In this document: piece after piece, positions 7,694 to 7,708 of the stretch
Numbering within the stretch: the stretch's first letter is position 1
Layout: every line of letters starts with the position of its first letter
Virus record (IMG/VR): IMGVR_UViG_2663763413_000006
Length of the DNA stretch: 7,708 nt
Strand: one strand, 5' to 3'
Origin: a virus
Taxonomy: Duplodnaviria > Heunggongvirae > Uroviricota > Caudoviricetes
Made by a program: the position numbers and the translations under genes
The notes under the pieces: model-generated
Seen by the model: the letters and a program-made list of their open reading frames with translations, nothing else
Database searches by the model: none
Told to the model about the DNA's origin: nothing

Positions 7694-7708
7694 GCCGCGC
7701 CCTCAGTG

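Overview
Composite window in three blocks, with no rRNA, tRNA, CRISPR array or transposase detected. (1) 1-296 (+): internal fragment of an F-type conjugative-transfer ATPase gene (traC, VirB4 family), open at the window edge and closed by a stop codon sitting exactly at an abrupt junction. (2) 297-5090 (+): an Escherichia-type arginine-dependent acid-resistance locus in the order melR (3' end only), adiA, adiY, adiC (5' part only). Every gene is damaged: adiA has a scrambled segment with in-frame stops, a +1 frameshift and a 48-bp partly duplicated insertion; adiY carries a dense cluster of 20-27 bp tandem duplications plus two back-to-back stop-codon pairs; adiC is cut off after about 165 codons. 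(3) 5091-7708 (-): a tightly packed, translationally coupled leftward operon resembling the early region of a Mu-like transposable phage (MazG-like protein, small membrane proteins, DUF2786-like protein, GemA-like, Mor-like). It ends right after mor, where a Mu-like genome would continue with C and the late genes. The most notable signal is the architecture rather than any single gene: two sharp junctions with no mobile-element ends, and stutter-like lesions unlike ordinary pseudogene decay. This could be a decayed and rearranged locus, an engineered construct, or an assembly or sequence-generation artefact; I cannot tell which from sequence alone. All protein identifications are from recalled family sequences and motifs, not from a database search.
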